Below are positions 32,007-41,562 of a DNA stretch of 64,000 bases, piece by piece. The stretch comes from Candidatus Multivoraceae bacterium. GTDB taxonomy: Bacteria > Acidobacteriota > Thermoanaerobaculia > Multivoradales > Multivoraceae. The DNA is taken from contig OZ244782.1 of the NCBI GenBank assembly GCA_965219625.1, forward strand, positions 2,727,551 to 2,791,550, read 5' to 3'. The translations under genes and the position numbers were made by a program. The notes beneath the pieces were generated by a model. That model was not told the DNA's origin, did no database searches, and saw only the letters and a program-made list of their open reading frames with translations. The stretch's first letter is position 1. The number at the start of each line of letters is the position of its first letter.

Positions 32007-34427
32007 GTGCCGCGTGCGCCGAGTGCCCCGGATGACCGCTCGCTCGAGCCGTATCTGGAGTCGCTGCGCGCGCTCCACGAGCGGCTCGACGAGGGGCTCT
32101 CCTTCAGCGGCAAGGAACGGAACTGCGTCTTCCTGAACCCGGGTCTCGCGGGAGGCGCCTTCGCGAACGCGTCGGCGGTCAGCGGTCTGGACTTCCCGGA
32201 CGACGGCCGCGGCGTCGCCTTCCTCGACCTGGAGGGCGACGGCGACCTCGACGTGGCGGTCAGCAACCGCACCGCGCCGAGACTCCGGCTGATGCGCAAC
32301 GAACTTCCGGCGGCGAAGCGCTTTCTGGCGCTTCGCCTCGAAGGAGACGGCGTCGTGACGAACCGGGACGCGGTGGGCGCGCGGGTTGAGGTTCCGACAT
32401 CGTCAGGCGTCCTCCGGCGCTCCGTCCGTGCCGGCGAGGGCTTCCTCTCCCAGTCGAGCCGCTGGCTCCACTTCGGCCTGGGCGACAGCGACGTTTCGGG
32501 TCCGATCGCGGTCGGTTGGCCCGGGGGTGGCAGCGAGACGTTCGTTGGCGTCGAGGCCGGCGGCCGCTACCGGATCGTCCAGGGCCGCGGCCGGGCGGAG
32601 GCTGTACCGGCGCTGCCGAGGCGGTCGCCGCTTGAACCTCGAGAGCAGGTTGTGCCGACGCCGACGACGGGGGCGCGCGTCGTCCTCGCGCCGCGGCCGC
32701 CGGCGCCCTCCCTGACGCTACGTCCTTTCGAGGCCGTCGAGGCGGTCGCGGTCGAGGCGGGTCGAGGCCGGCCGGTGCTCGTGAACATCTGGGCGAGTTG
32801 GTGCGCGCCATGCCGCTCGGAGCTCCGCGAGCTGGCGAACGAACAGGACGCTGTCCGTGCCGCGGATCTTCAGATCGTCGCGTTGTCGACGGACGGCATG
32901 GGCGACGTGCCGAGCACGACGGAAGAGGCGGCGCGTACGTTCATGGATCAGATCGGTTTTCCGTTCCTCAGCGGGATGGCGACCGAAGAGACGCTCGACA
33001 AGATCGAGATCGTCAAACGGTCGTTGTTCGACCGCCGTTTCCCGCTGTCACTGCCGTTCTCCATGCTGATCGACGGCGCGGGTCGGGTCGCCGTCCTCTA
33101 TCGGGGAGGGGTGACTGCCGCCGACTTGGTCGCCGATCTCGATTTGCTGGACGCGCGCGCCGCCGAGCTGCGGACGGCGTCGGCGCCGATGCCTGGCCGC
33201 TGGTACACCGAGCCTCCAGACGAAGTCTCGCTCGCGAGCTACGCGCGCTGGTACGAGGAGCCGTTTCCCGAGGAGTCCATGGCCCTGTTGCGGCGTTCGG
33301 TCGACATCGAGCGGGCGCGTCTCGACAGCGGCGGCCCGGTTTCGTCCAGCGGCCGGGGGTCGTTCGAGAGGCAGGGGGCGCGGGACCGTCTGTTCAGGTC
33401 GCTTCGGCGGCTGACCGTACTCGAGAGCCGCCGCGGCGAAGACGAGGCAGCGGTTCGGTACGCCCGCGCCGCACTCGACCTCGAACCGGACGATCCAGGA
33501 GCGCGGGCCGCTTGGCAGAGCGCCCTGGTCGACGCTGGCGACATCGGCTCGGTCAGGGCTCAGGCAGAGGCAGCACTCGCCGCCGACCCGGACGATGCAG
33601 CCGCTCGGGTGCGGCTGGCCGAGTTGCTCGACGGCGAAGGCCGCACGGACGAAGCGGCGCGGGAACTCGAGCGCGCCGTCCGGGCGAGCCCGCGGGACGC
33701 GGAACTCCGTTATCTCTACGGCCAGCTGCTCGGCAAGGCGGAACGGCTGAGGGAGGCGATGGAGCAGTTCGCGGCTGCGGTCACCCTCGACCCGCGTCAC
33801 GTGGAAGCGCACCGGATCCTCGCTGATGCCGCCGTCCAGAGCGACGAACTCGGCGCCGCCTGGGGACACTACCGGGCGATCCTTGAGGTGGAGCCGCGGG
33901 ACACGGAGGCGCTCTACGGCGCGGCCCGGATAGCCGCCGCTGCGGGTCGCCTGGAAGAGGCGGTCGAGGATTACCGGGCGCTGCTTGAGCACGACCCCGA
34001 CCACGTGGCGGGCCGCCACGAGCTCGGCCTGGCCCTGATCCGCAGCGGTCCGACCGGCGCCGCCGAGGGCGCGGAACATCTGCGCCGCGCCTACATCGAG
34101 GATCGGAACCTCCTGGCGCGGGGCAACGAGATCGCCTGGTCCCTGGCGACCCATCCGGATGGCAGCCGGCGCGACGGCCAGCTCGCGCTTCTGATCGCCC
34201 TTGAACTCAACGCGGTCGCTGGCGGGGCGGCGCCGGCTCTGCTCGAGACTCTGGCCGCCGCCCAGGCCGAGACGGGCGACTTCGAGGCGGCGGTGCAGAC
34301 AGTGGAATCGGCACTCGAGATCGTCGCCTCCCCGCGGAACGCCTCGCCTGACCGCGACCGGCTGCTCGAATTGCTGACCCGCAGACGCGAGCAGTACCGG
34401 CAGGGGATCCCCGTCAGGGGCCGGTAG
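32007..34427 (+). CDS. ASPIC/UnbV domain + TlpA-like thioredoxin + TPR repeat protein (CRTAC1-like, C-terminal part)
   Basis: RNCVFLNPG...FLDLEGDGDLDVAVSN...GEGFLSQSSRWLHFGLGD (UnbV_ASPIC); NIWASWCAPCRSEL (redoxin CxxC); multiple TPR repeats; same frame as the 30174 gene. Confidence 0.7.
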   Translation: MPRAPSAPDDRSLEPYLESLRALHERLDEGLSFSGKERNCVFLNPGLAGGAFANASAVSGLDFPDDGRGVAFLDLEGDGDLDVAVSNRTAPRLRLMRNELPAAKRFLALRLEGDGVVTNRDAVGARVEVPTSSGVLRRSVRAGEGFLSQSSRWLHFGLGDSDVSGPIAVGWPGGGSETFVGVEAGGRYRIVQGRGRAEAVPALPRRSPLEPREQVVPTPTTGARVVLAPRPPAPSLTLRPFEAVEAVAVEAGRGRPVLVNIWASWCAPCRSELRELANEQDAVRAADLQIVALSTDGMGDVPSTTEEAARTFMDQIGFPFLSGMATEETLDKIEIVKRSLFDRRFPLSLPFSMLIDGAGRVAVLYRGGVTAADLVADLDLLDARAAELRTASAPMPGRWYTEPPDEVSLASYARWYEEPFPEESMALLRRSVDIERARLDSGGPVSSSGRGSFERQGARDRLFRSLRRLTVLESRRGEDEAAVRYARAALDLEPDDPGARAAWQSALVDAGDIGSVRAQAEAALAADPDDAAARVRLAELLDGEGRTDEAARELERAVRASPRDAELRYLYGQLLGKAERLREAMEQFAAAVTLDPRHVEAHRILADAAVQSDELGAAWGHYRAILEVEPRDTEALYGAARIAAAAGRLEEAVEDYRALLEHDPDHVAGRHELGLALIRSGPTGAAEGAEHLRRAYIEDRNLLARGNEIAWSLATHPDGSRRDGQLALLIALELNAVAGGAAPALLETLAAAQAETGDFEAAVQTVESALEIVASPRNASPDRDRLLELLTRRREQYRQGIPVRGR

Positions 34428-34473
34428 GGTTCTGAATCTCGGCACGGTTGAAGTCGACTGGAGCAAGCGGGTC

Positions 34474-35478
34474 ATGGTGCGTTCAGACACGGTTCGCGGC
34501 GCCAGGCGCGGTCGACGCTCGACGGAGGCCGACTCGCCGGTCGTGAGAACTGGGCAACGTCGGCGCGAGCGGTTCTGCCTGGACGGGAGAAGTGACTGGG
34601 TGATCCACGCCGACAACGCCGACGTGCTGCCCGAGCTTCCCGACGACTTCTTCCGGCTGATCTACATCGACCCGCCCTTCAATACCGGCAAGGTTCAGCA
34701 GCGCAAGGAGATCTCGACCGTCCGCTCACGGGAAGGGGACCGGGTCGGTTTCGGCGGGCGTCGCTACCGCACGGTCGAGCTGGGAACGACTTCGTACGAG
34801 GACGTCTTCGACGATTACCTCGGGTTCATCAGGCCGCGGCTCAAGCATGCGCGCCGGCTGTTGAGCCCCGACGGCACGCTCTACCTCCATCTCGACTACC
34901 GCGAGGCGCACTACTGCAAGGTGCTTCTCGATCAGCTCTTCGGGCGGGAGAGCTTCGTGAACGAGATCATCTGGGCGTACGACTACGGTGGGCGCTCGCG
35001 TCGAAAGTGGCCCGCGAAGCACGACACGATCCTGGTCTACGCGAAGGACCCGGATCGCTACTTCTTCGACCAGGACGCGATCGAACGGATCCCGTACATG
35101 GCGCCTGGCCTCGTATCGAAGGCGAAGGCCGAGCGCGGGAAGCTCCCTACGGACGTCTGGTGGCACACGATCGTGCCGACGAACGGAAGGGAGAAGACGG
35201 GCTACGCCTCCCAGAAGCCGGAAGGCATCCTGCGGAGGATCCTGAGCGCGTCGTCGGAGGCGAACGACTGGGTGCTCGACTTCTTCGCGGGATCCGGGAC
35301 GGCGGCGGCCGTGGCTCAGAAGATGGGCAGGCGTTTCGTGATGATCGACAGGAACGACGAAGCCATCGCCGTCATGGCCAACCGCTTGGGAACGGCGAGT
35401 GTCGTTTACGTGGACGAGCGCTTCCGCCGCTTACCGGTTCGGGCCGAGGAGTCTGGACAGTTGGACCTGTTGCCATGA
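34474..35478 (+). CDS. Beta-class DNA amino-methyltransferase (N6-adenine or N4-cytosine)
   Basis: Motif IV DPPF(N) near the N-terminus (IYIDPPFNTG), motif I FAGSGT near the C-terminus; 334 aa. Confidence 0.85.
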   Translation: MVRSDTVRGARRGRRSTEADSPVVRTGQRRRERFCLDGRSDWVIHADNADVLPELPDDFFRLIYIDPPFNTGKVQQRKEISTVRSREGDRVGFGGRRYRTVELGTTSYEDVFDDYLGFIRPRLKHARRLLSPDGTLYLHLDYREAHYCKVLLDQLFGRESFVNEIIWAYDYGGRSRRKWPAKHDTILVYAKDPDRYFFDQDAIERIPYMAPGLVSKAKAERGKLPTDVWWHTIVPTNGREKTGYASQKPEGILRRILSASSEANDWVLDFFAGSGTAAAVAQKMGRRFVMIDRNDEAIAVMANRLGTASVVYVDERFRRLPVRAEESGQLDLLP

Positions 35479-36035
35479 ACGAGGCCGCGGGATCGATCAC
35501 CGACCCTGAAGTATGCGAGTTGGCGCGGCACGCGGCTCAGCTCCGGCGCGAGTACGTGAAGGACGAATCGGACCCCTGGCGTGACAGTCCGTTCGGCTGG
35601 ATGAAGGCCAGGCCTTCCAGCAAACAGGTCGGCGCTATTGGCGAGAAGCTGGTGGAGAGATGGTGCGTCGCCAACGATCTTAAGGTCCGCAAGTCGCCCG
35701 ACACAGTGGCGGACCGGCTCATCGAGGGACGTCGAGTCGAAATCAAGTTCTCCACGCTATGGCTTCGTGGTGAGTACAGGTTCCAGCAGATTCGCGACCA
35801 GGACTACGAGTACTTGTTCGCCCTGGGAGTCTCCCCTTTCGACGCGCACGCCTGGGTCATTCCGAAGTCGGTCCTGATGCGGCACGTGATGGGACGCATG
35901 GGTCAGCACACGGGTGCGGACGCGACGGACACGTCCTGGCTCCGGGTCAAGGTGGGCGAAGAACCGGGGTGGCTGACGGAGTGGGGCGGTACGCTCGCGA
36001 AGGCCCGCGACCTCCTCGCGGCGATGAACGGCTGA
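35475..36035 (+). CDS. Putative Type II restriction endonuclease (PD-(D/E)xK fold), partner of the methyltransferase
   Basis: 186 aa; the ATG overlaps the methyltransferase stop (ATGA); VADRLIEGRRVEIKFS looks like a D...E-x-K motif. Confidence 0.5.
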   Translation: MNEAAGSITDPEVCELARHAAQLRREYVKDESDPWRDSPFGWMKARPSSKQVGAIGEKLVERWCVANDLKVRKSPDTVADRLIEGRRVEIKFSTLWLRGEYRFQQIRDQDYEYLFALGVSPFDAHAWVIPKSVLMRHVMGRMGQHTGADATDTSWLRVKVGEEPGWLTEWGGTLAKARDLLAAMNG

Positions 36036-36267
36036 CGTGTCGATTTGTGCTTGCCTCAAGCAACCGCAGCCGGTACTGCGCCGTCACCAGTGGTCGGGTC
36101 GGCTTTGCCGGCACTTCCGGGTCGTGAACCGCACCTGAAGGCGGTTGGAGGCACCGAGACCTCGCCAGATGTCTCTTTCTCGTCTTGGCAACGTGTCTTC
36201 CACCATTCGAGGAGGTCGCAGCTCTGTCACTTACATTGGCAGAACCGGGACAATCCCACGACCGCCA

Positions 36268-36834
36268 TCACGGTTCGGCCTCCAGCACGACGAAGTTCTG
36301 GCCGACAACAGCCAGTACCGCCAGAATCGCCACGGCGACGATAAAGGGCGTCGCGACGGCGGCGGCACCCAGGACGAACGGATCTTCCGTTTCTTGCGAG
36401 AGTGCTAATGCGATCACCGCTAGTCCGTAGAGAATCGAAAGCACATAGAGACCGTTGGCCACCAAACTCGAGGAGCCGAGGATCTCAAGGAAGATCGACG
36501 CCGAGAAACCCACGAGCGGAAACAAGAACGCGATGCCGACACGTCGAGTCACTCTTACAGCGCTTAGTGCCTTCCTTCCCATCTGCGCGATCAAGAACGT
36601 GCCAAACGACAGGTAGAGCCACGCCACGAAGCCGAGGACGAACGCTACGGCGATACCGATGCCGAAACCGGCATCGGCCGCCCATGCGAGACTCTCGTCG
36701 ATCTCAGGGATCTCGGTGTTCAACAGGACGTTGAGCGTGTGTGCGATCGAGAAGCTCCCGACCGCCAGCGCCGCGTACATGAGTCCTCCAGGCCGGTCAG
36801 CAGTCCGATTCAGCCATTGGGCTGCGGATCTCAC
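36268..36834 (-). CDS. Integral membrane protein (multi-TM), unknown function
   Basis: 188 aa, 4-5 hydrophobic helices; 4-bp overlap with the upstream DUF95-like gene. Confidence 0.45.
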   Translation of the reverse strand: MRSAAQWLNRTADRPGGLMYAALAVGSFSIAHTLNVLLNTEIPEIDESLAWAADAGFGIGIAVAFVLGFVAWLYLSFGTFLIAQMGRKALSAVRVTRRVGIAFLFPLVGFSASIFLEILGSSSLVANGLYVLSILYGLAVIALALSQETEDPFVLGAAAVATPFIVAVAILAVLAVVGQNFVVLEAEP

Positions 36835-37385
36835 AGCAACTCCAGGGCGATGACTGGTGTGACGGTTGACTCAAGGGTGCCAGCGAGCACGGTGAGAACG
36901 ACCGCCACGAGAATCCACCGCAGGATTGGGAGTAAAGAAAAGGGCCGATCTTGGGTGAGACGCCTCACGATCTGTGAGGTGAGGCCGAGCCCTGCGGTAG
37001 TGGCGGCGATCTGGCCGAGGGACTCCGGTATCCCGTGAACGAGCAGAGGGATCCGTAGCGAGCTTGGTTCCAGACCGACGAACAGTGCTCCGAATTGTAG
37101 CCCGTTCCAGGCTGCTACCAAGACGGTTGGGATCGCGAGAACCAAGCTTCCCACGACCAAGATCCCGACGATGCGGAGATTGTGAGCAACGGTCCCGACA
37201 AACTGAACCGCCGTGATGTCGTCAACGCTGACGCTCGCCCCAAACGGGTTGGGGTTCAGGAAGCAACCGACAACGAACCCGCCGAGGAAGATAGTGGCCG
37301 CAGCCCGGAGCGGCTGCGGCCACGAACGGTCTGCGTTCAATACGTCGGGCGCTCCGCTCTTGCGTGGCAGAATCGTAGGAGCCAC
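36831..37385 (-). CDS. SpoIIM/DUF95-like membrane protein
   Basis: 184 aa; multi-TM with a conserved LVHGIPE segment typical of DUF95. Confidence 0.5.
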   Translation of the reverse strand: MAPTILPRKSGAPDVLNADRSWPQPLRAAATIFLGGFVVGCFLNPNPFGASVSVDDITAVQFVGTVAHNLRIVGILVVGSLVLAIPTVLVAAWNGLQFGALFVGLEPSSLRIPLLVHGIPESLGQIAATTAGLGLTSQIVRRLTQDRPFSLLPILRWILVAVVLTVLAGTLESTVTPVIALELL

Positions 37386-37562
37386 ATGTAGGCGGCACCT
37401 TGGAAACCTGCCGTCAGACCGAGCCAGAGTCCGAAGTCACGCTCGAAGAATAGTGCGGTGAGCGTCGCAGTGGCGAGCGCGATGCCAGCTACACCCATCA
37501 CGAATCGCCCTGGAGCGTTTCGGATTGCCGTGAACGGTTCCCGCGGTGTCGGCGCCATCCGA

Positions 37563-37844
37563 CTACGCTCCGCCGAGGATGGCCCCGAGACCCGCGCCGA
37601 TGTCGGCACCCTTGAGTCCCGCGAAGACGGTGCCCGGACCGGGGGCGATGAGGCTCCCCAAGTAGGCGCCGCCGAAGAGGCCAAGCGTGCCGCCGACGAT
37701 GGCACCGACGGCAGCCGCACCTGCTCCGTGCTTGCTGCCCAGGAAACCACCGATCTCCGACGAGAGACCGTGATCGCTGGACGGAATCGCAAGTGGCGCG
37801 AGCAACAGCGCTACGGCGATGAACGCGACAAGGTTCTGCTTCAT
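37563..37844 (-). CDS. Glycine-zipper small membrane/secreted protein
   Basis: 93 aa; signal/TM then GxxxG-rich GAGAAAVGAIVGGTLGLFGGAYLGSL...GADIGAGLGAILGG; AGGAGG SD 5 nt upstream of the ATG. Confidence 0.55.
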   Translation of the reverse strand: MKQNLVAFIAVALLLAPLAIPSSDHGLSSEIGGFLGSKHGAGAAAVGAIVGGTLGLFGGAYLGSLIAPGPGTVFAGLKGADIGAGLGAILGGA

Positions 37845-37846
37845 TG

Positions 37847-37933
37847 GGACCTCCTGTTGTTGGAGGACCTCCTGTTGTTGGAGGACCTCCTGTTGTTGGA
37901 GGACCTCCTGTTGTTGGATCTTGAGAAGCTACT
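37847..37933. repeat. Tandem 18-bp repeat (gacctcctgttgttggag x ~4.8) immediately upstream of the glycine-zipper gene; each unit carries AGGAGG and a complementary CCTCC on the coding strand
   Basis: Direct inspection: cctcctgttgttggaggacctcctgttgttggaggacctcctgttgttggaggacctcctgttgttggat. Confidence 0.9.
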
Positions 37934-37985
37934 ACGGAAGGGTTCCGCGTGTCAAGCTGCCTCAGGCGGGCCCCGCCGCTCCCGG

Positions 37986-40900
37986 CTACCGGAAGTCGTG
38001 GCTCGGGATCCGCTCCAGGCGGTCGATGGGCCAGAACTTGTCCGCCTTGACGGATAGCGAACCGTCTTTCTTCTGCAGGACGCCCTCGACGATCAGGCCG
38101 GAGGAGGAGACGATCGTGCGGCGGTGTTTCTTGAACTCGTCCGGCATGACGATGGCCTGGCTCATCCCCGTCTCGTCCTCCAGGGTCAGGAACAGGAGGC
38201 CGCGGGCGGTGCCCGGGCGCTGGCGGACGATGACGGAACCGGCGGTGCGCACGCGGCGTCCGGCGGGAGACCTGGGGAGCTGGGCGGCGGGGACGACGTT
38301 TCGGCGGTCAAGCCCCCGGCGGTAGTACTCCATCGGGTGAGGGCCGGTGGTGATCGAGGCGAGGCGCAAGTCGGCGGCCGTCTCTTCCATCTGCGTCATC
38401 TCTTCGAGCGGCGAGGGAGAGGCGGTCGAAAGATCCGCGAACAGCGGGCCCTTCGGCTTCTCGACCTGAGCCGCCTGCCACAGGGCGGCGCGTCGTCCGA
38501 GATTCCCGGGCGCTCGATGAGCGTTGTGGGAGAAGCCGAAGGTTTGCTGTACGGCCTGCCGCCCGGCGTCGCCGCTCTCGCCCAGCCCGCCAAGCGCCCC
38601 GATGGACGCCAACGCAGTGAGTTCGTTTCGCCGCAACCGACAGCGTTCGGCCAGGTCCTCGATGGAGCGGAACCGTCGCGTCGCCTGCTCGGTTTCGATC
38701 CGTTCCGCCGCTTCGCGCCGCATTCCCTTGACGTAGCGCAACCCGAGGCGAATCGCGCCCGGCGGGGTCGGCTCGCCGGCCAGGGTGTTCTCGTCGGCGT
38801 CCGCCGGCCGGTCCTGCCAGCGGCACCGGACCCCCGATTCGTTCACGTCGATGGGCAGCACCGCGCTGCCCGCGCGCTGCGCTTCGCGGACCAATGTCGC
38901 CGGATGGTAGAAGCCCATCGGCCAGGCGTTCAGGAGCGACAGGAAGAAGGCGGTCGGGTGGTGGCGCTTCAAGTAGGCGCTGGCATAGGCGATCAGGGCG
39001 AAGCTGGCGGAGTGCGACTCGGGGAAGCCGTAGAGAGCGAACGAGGTGATCGCCTTGACGATCTGTTCCTGAGCAGGGCCCGTGATGTTCCGCTCGTTCA
39101 TGCCGGAACGAAGCCGGTCCTCGATCTGCTGCATCCGCTCGACGGAGCGTTTGAAGCCCATTGCGCGCCGTAACTCCTCCGCCTCGCCGCCGGAGAAGCC
39201 GGCCGCGACCATGGCGATCTTCAGGATCTGTTCCTGGAAGATCGGCACGCCGAGAGTTCGGCGCAGGATCGGCTCAAGCAGCGGGTGGGGGTAGGTGACG
39301 TCCTCGCGGCCGACCCGGCGCTCGAAGAACGGGTGGGCCATGCGGCCGACGATCGGCCCGGGGCGGATGATCGCGATCTGGATGACCAGGTCGTAGAACT
39401 TGTATGGCTTGTGGCGCGGCAGGGACGCCATCTGCGCCCGACTCTCGATCTGGAAGACGCCGACCGTGTCGGCGCGGCAGATCATCTCGTAGGTTGCCGG
39501 GTCGTCCGGCGGCAGGTGGGCCAGGTCGATCTGCTTGCCTTCGTGCCGACGGATCAGGGGCGCCGCCTCCTCCAGCGCGTTCAGCATGCCGAGGCCGAGC
39601 AGATCGACCTTGATGAGTCCCAGATCGGCGCAGTCGTCCTTGTCCCATTGGACGATGACCCGGTTCTCCATCGCCGCCGGTTCGAGCGGCACGATCTCGT
39701 CGAGCCGCCCGGCGCAGAGCACCATGCCGCCCGAATGCTGGCCCAGATGGCGGGGGTGGTTCTGGAGCTGCCGCCACAACCGGACGAAGAGCTGGATGCG
39801 CCGATCGTGGGGATCGAACCCGAGTTCCGTGAGCTCCTCGTCCATCTCCTTGCTGTCGCCGCGGGAGAGGTCGTAGTGCCAGTGGCCGAGCCCCTTCGCC
39901 AGGCGGTCGACCTGAACCTTGGAGCAGCCCAGCGCCTTCGCCGCCTCGCGCGCGGCCATGCGGTCGCGGTAGGTGATCACGTTCGCGGTCATCGCCGCGC
40001 CGTGCCGGCCGTAGCGCCCGTAGACGTACTGGATGACCTTCTCGCGCTTCACGCCGGACGGCAGGTCGATGTCGATGTCCGGCCACTCGCCGCGCTCCTC
40101 GGACAGGAAGCGCTCGAACAGCAGGTCCATCTTCACCGGGTCGACCGCAGTGATCGAGAGCGCGTAGCAGACGGCGGAGTTGGCGGCGGAACCGCGTCCC
40201 TGGGCCAGGATCCGCTCCTCCTTGCAGAAGCGGACGATGTCCCAGACGATCAGGAAGTAGCCGGCGAGATCGAGCTTCTCGATCAGCGCGAGTTCCTTCT
40301 CGAGTTGCGCGCCGGCCTTGGCGGTGAGTGGCCGGAAGCGTTCCTGGGCCCCTTGCCAGGTCCGTTCGCGGAGATGGGAGATCGCCGTTTCGCCAGCGGG
40401 AACCGGGTAGTCCGGGAAGCGGTAGCCGAGGTCGGCGAGCGTGAAGTCGAGTTCGCAGGCCAGTTCGTGCGCGGCGTGCACCGCGTGCGGCAGATCGGCG
40501 AACAGCCGGTGCATCTCCTCCGGGCTTCTCAGGCGCCGCTGGCGCTCGCGGGCGAGGCGGGCGCCGGCGGCGTCGACCGTCACATGGTGTCGAATCGCGG
40601 TCATCAGATCGAAGAGCGGTTTGTCGCGGGCTGTGGCGTAACGCACGCCGCCGGTGGCGACGACGGGCACGCCGAGCTGCTGCGCGATGCGGACCAACGC
40701 CTGGTTGCGGTGCTCTTCGGCGCGGATGCCGTGGCGCGCGAGTTCCACGTGCAGACGGCCGGGGAAGATGGCGTGCAGACGTTCGAGCTGCCGCCCGGCC
40801 GCCTCCAGCCCTTCCCGCGCGAGTGCTCGGCCAACGGGGTCGGCTTCGGCGCCGGCCAGACAGTGGAGTCCGTCCGCGTGTTCCTTGAGCAGAGCCCAGT

Positions 40901-41489
40901 TGATCCGTGCCTCGCCCTTGGGACGGTTGAGCGCTCCGGCGGTCAACAGGCGGCAGAGGTTGCGATATCCGCGACGGTTGCGCACCAGCAGATGAACGCG
41001 GGTCTCCTCGTCGTCCAGGGTTGGCCGCTCCTCGCGCCGACGCGAGGCAGCCGACGCTTGCGGCCGGTCGATGACCGCTTCGGCGCCCACCAGCGCCCGA
41101 ATTCCCGCTTCTCGCGCCGCCTTGTAGAAGCGCGGCGCGCCGGAGACTCCGTTCCGGTCGAGCAGGGCGACTGCCTCAAGCCCCAGGGCCGCCGCCCGCG
41201 CGACGAGGTCCTCGGGTTGGGACGAGGCGCGCAGAAAGGAGAACGACGACGCGGCGTGGAGTTCGGCGTAGGGCGGAGACTTCTGCCGGCGCTTCGGCGG
41301 CGGCTTGAACTCGCGCCGCCGCAGCCGTTCCTTGACCGCTCCCGGCGCGGCGTAGCCGGGGTTCGGCTCGCCTCGGGCGTCGAGCAGCCCGTTGTCGCCG
41401 CGGTTGGCGCGGCCGCTGCCCTTGCCGACGGCGCCGGACAGCCCCATGTTGCGCGCTGGCACGCTGATCTTGGGCGGCTTGCGAGCCAT
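37986..41489 (-). CDS. dnaE2: Error-prone DNA polymerase III alpha-like DnaE2 (ImuC)
   Basis: ...PPYAELHAASSFSFLRASSQPEDLV (PHP domain) followed by a Pol III alpha core; the 1309-aa track ORF has a spurious Arg/Pro-rich N-terminus. Start placed at the internal ATG 41489 (MARKPP), possibly later. Confidence 0.85.
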   Translation of the reverse strand: MARKPPKISVPARNMGLSGAVGKGSGRANRGDNGLLDARGEPNPGYAAPGAVKERLRRREFKPPPKRRQKSPPYAELHAASSFSFLRASSQPEDLVARAAALGLEAVALLDRNGVSGAPRFYKAAREAGIRALVGAEAVIDRPQASAASRRREERPTLDDEETRVHLLVRNRRGYRNLCRLLTAGALNRPKGEARINWALLKEHADGLHCLAGAEADPVGRALAREGLEAAGRQLERLHAIFPGRLHVELARHGIRAEEHRNQALVRIAQQLGVPVVATGGVRYATARDKPLFDLMTAIRHHVTVDAAGARLARERQRRLRSPEEMHRLFADLPHAVHAAHELACELDFTLADLGYRFPDYPVPAGETAISHLRERTWQGAQERFRPLTAKAGAQLEKELALIEKLDLAGYFLIVWDIVRFCKEERILAQGRGSAANSAVCYALSITAVDPVKMDLLFERFLSEERGEWPDIDIDLPSGVKREKVIQYVYGRYGRHGAAMTANVITYRDRMAAREAAKALGCSKVQVDRLAKGLGHWHYDLSRGDSKEMDEELTELGFDPHDRRIQLFVRLWRQLQNHPRHLGQHSGGMVLCAGRLDEIVPLEPAAMENRVIVQWDKDDCADLGLIKVDLLGLGMLNALEEAAPLIRRHEGKQIDLAHLPPDDPATYEMICRADTVGVFQIESRAQMASLPRHKPYKFYDLVIQIAIIRPGPIVGRMAHPFFERRVGREDVTYPHPLLEPILRRTLGVPIFQEQILKIAMVAAGFSGGEAEELRRAMGFKRSVERMQQIEDRLRSGMNERNITGPAQEQIVKAITSFALYGFPESHSASFALIAYASAYLKRHHPTAFFLSLLNAWPMGFYHPATLVREAQRAGSAVLPIDVNESGVRCRWQDRPADADENTLAGEPTPPGAIRLGLRYVKGMRREAAERIETEQATRRFRSIEDLAERCRLRRNELTALASIGALGGLGESGDAGRQAVQQTFGFSHNAHRAPGNLGRRAALWQAAQVEKPKGPLFADLSTASPSPLEEMTQMEETAADLRLASITTGPHPMEYYRRGLDRRNVVPAAQLPRSPAGRRVRTAGSVIVRQRPGTARGLLFLTLEDETGMSQAIVMPDEFKKHRRTIVSSSGLIVEGVLQKKDGSLSVKADKFWPIDRLERIPSHDFR

Positions 41490-41562
41490 CCGATAAGCGT
41501 AAATCAGGCGGCAATAAGTGCGCAAGAGCTCACGCTGTCTCCGGCCCCCCTTCCGCGGGCGG

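Noticed and set aside
37337-37566. Possible 76-aa membrane peptide (MAPTPREPF...GVAGIALATATLTALFF...) downstream of the glycine-zipper gene
   Set aside because: It overlaps the start of the DUF95-like gene by ~50 nt and its upstream frame is Arg-rich shadow. Evidence is too weak to call.
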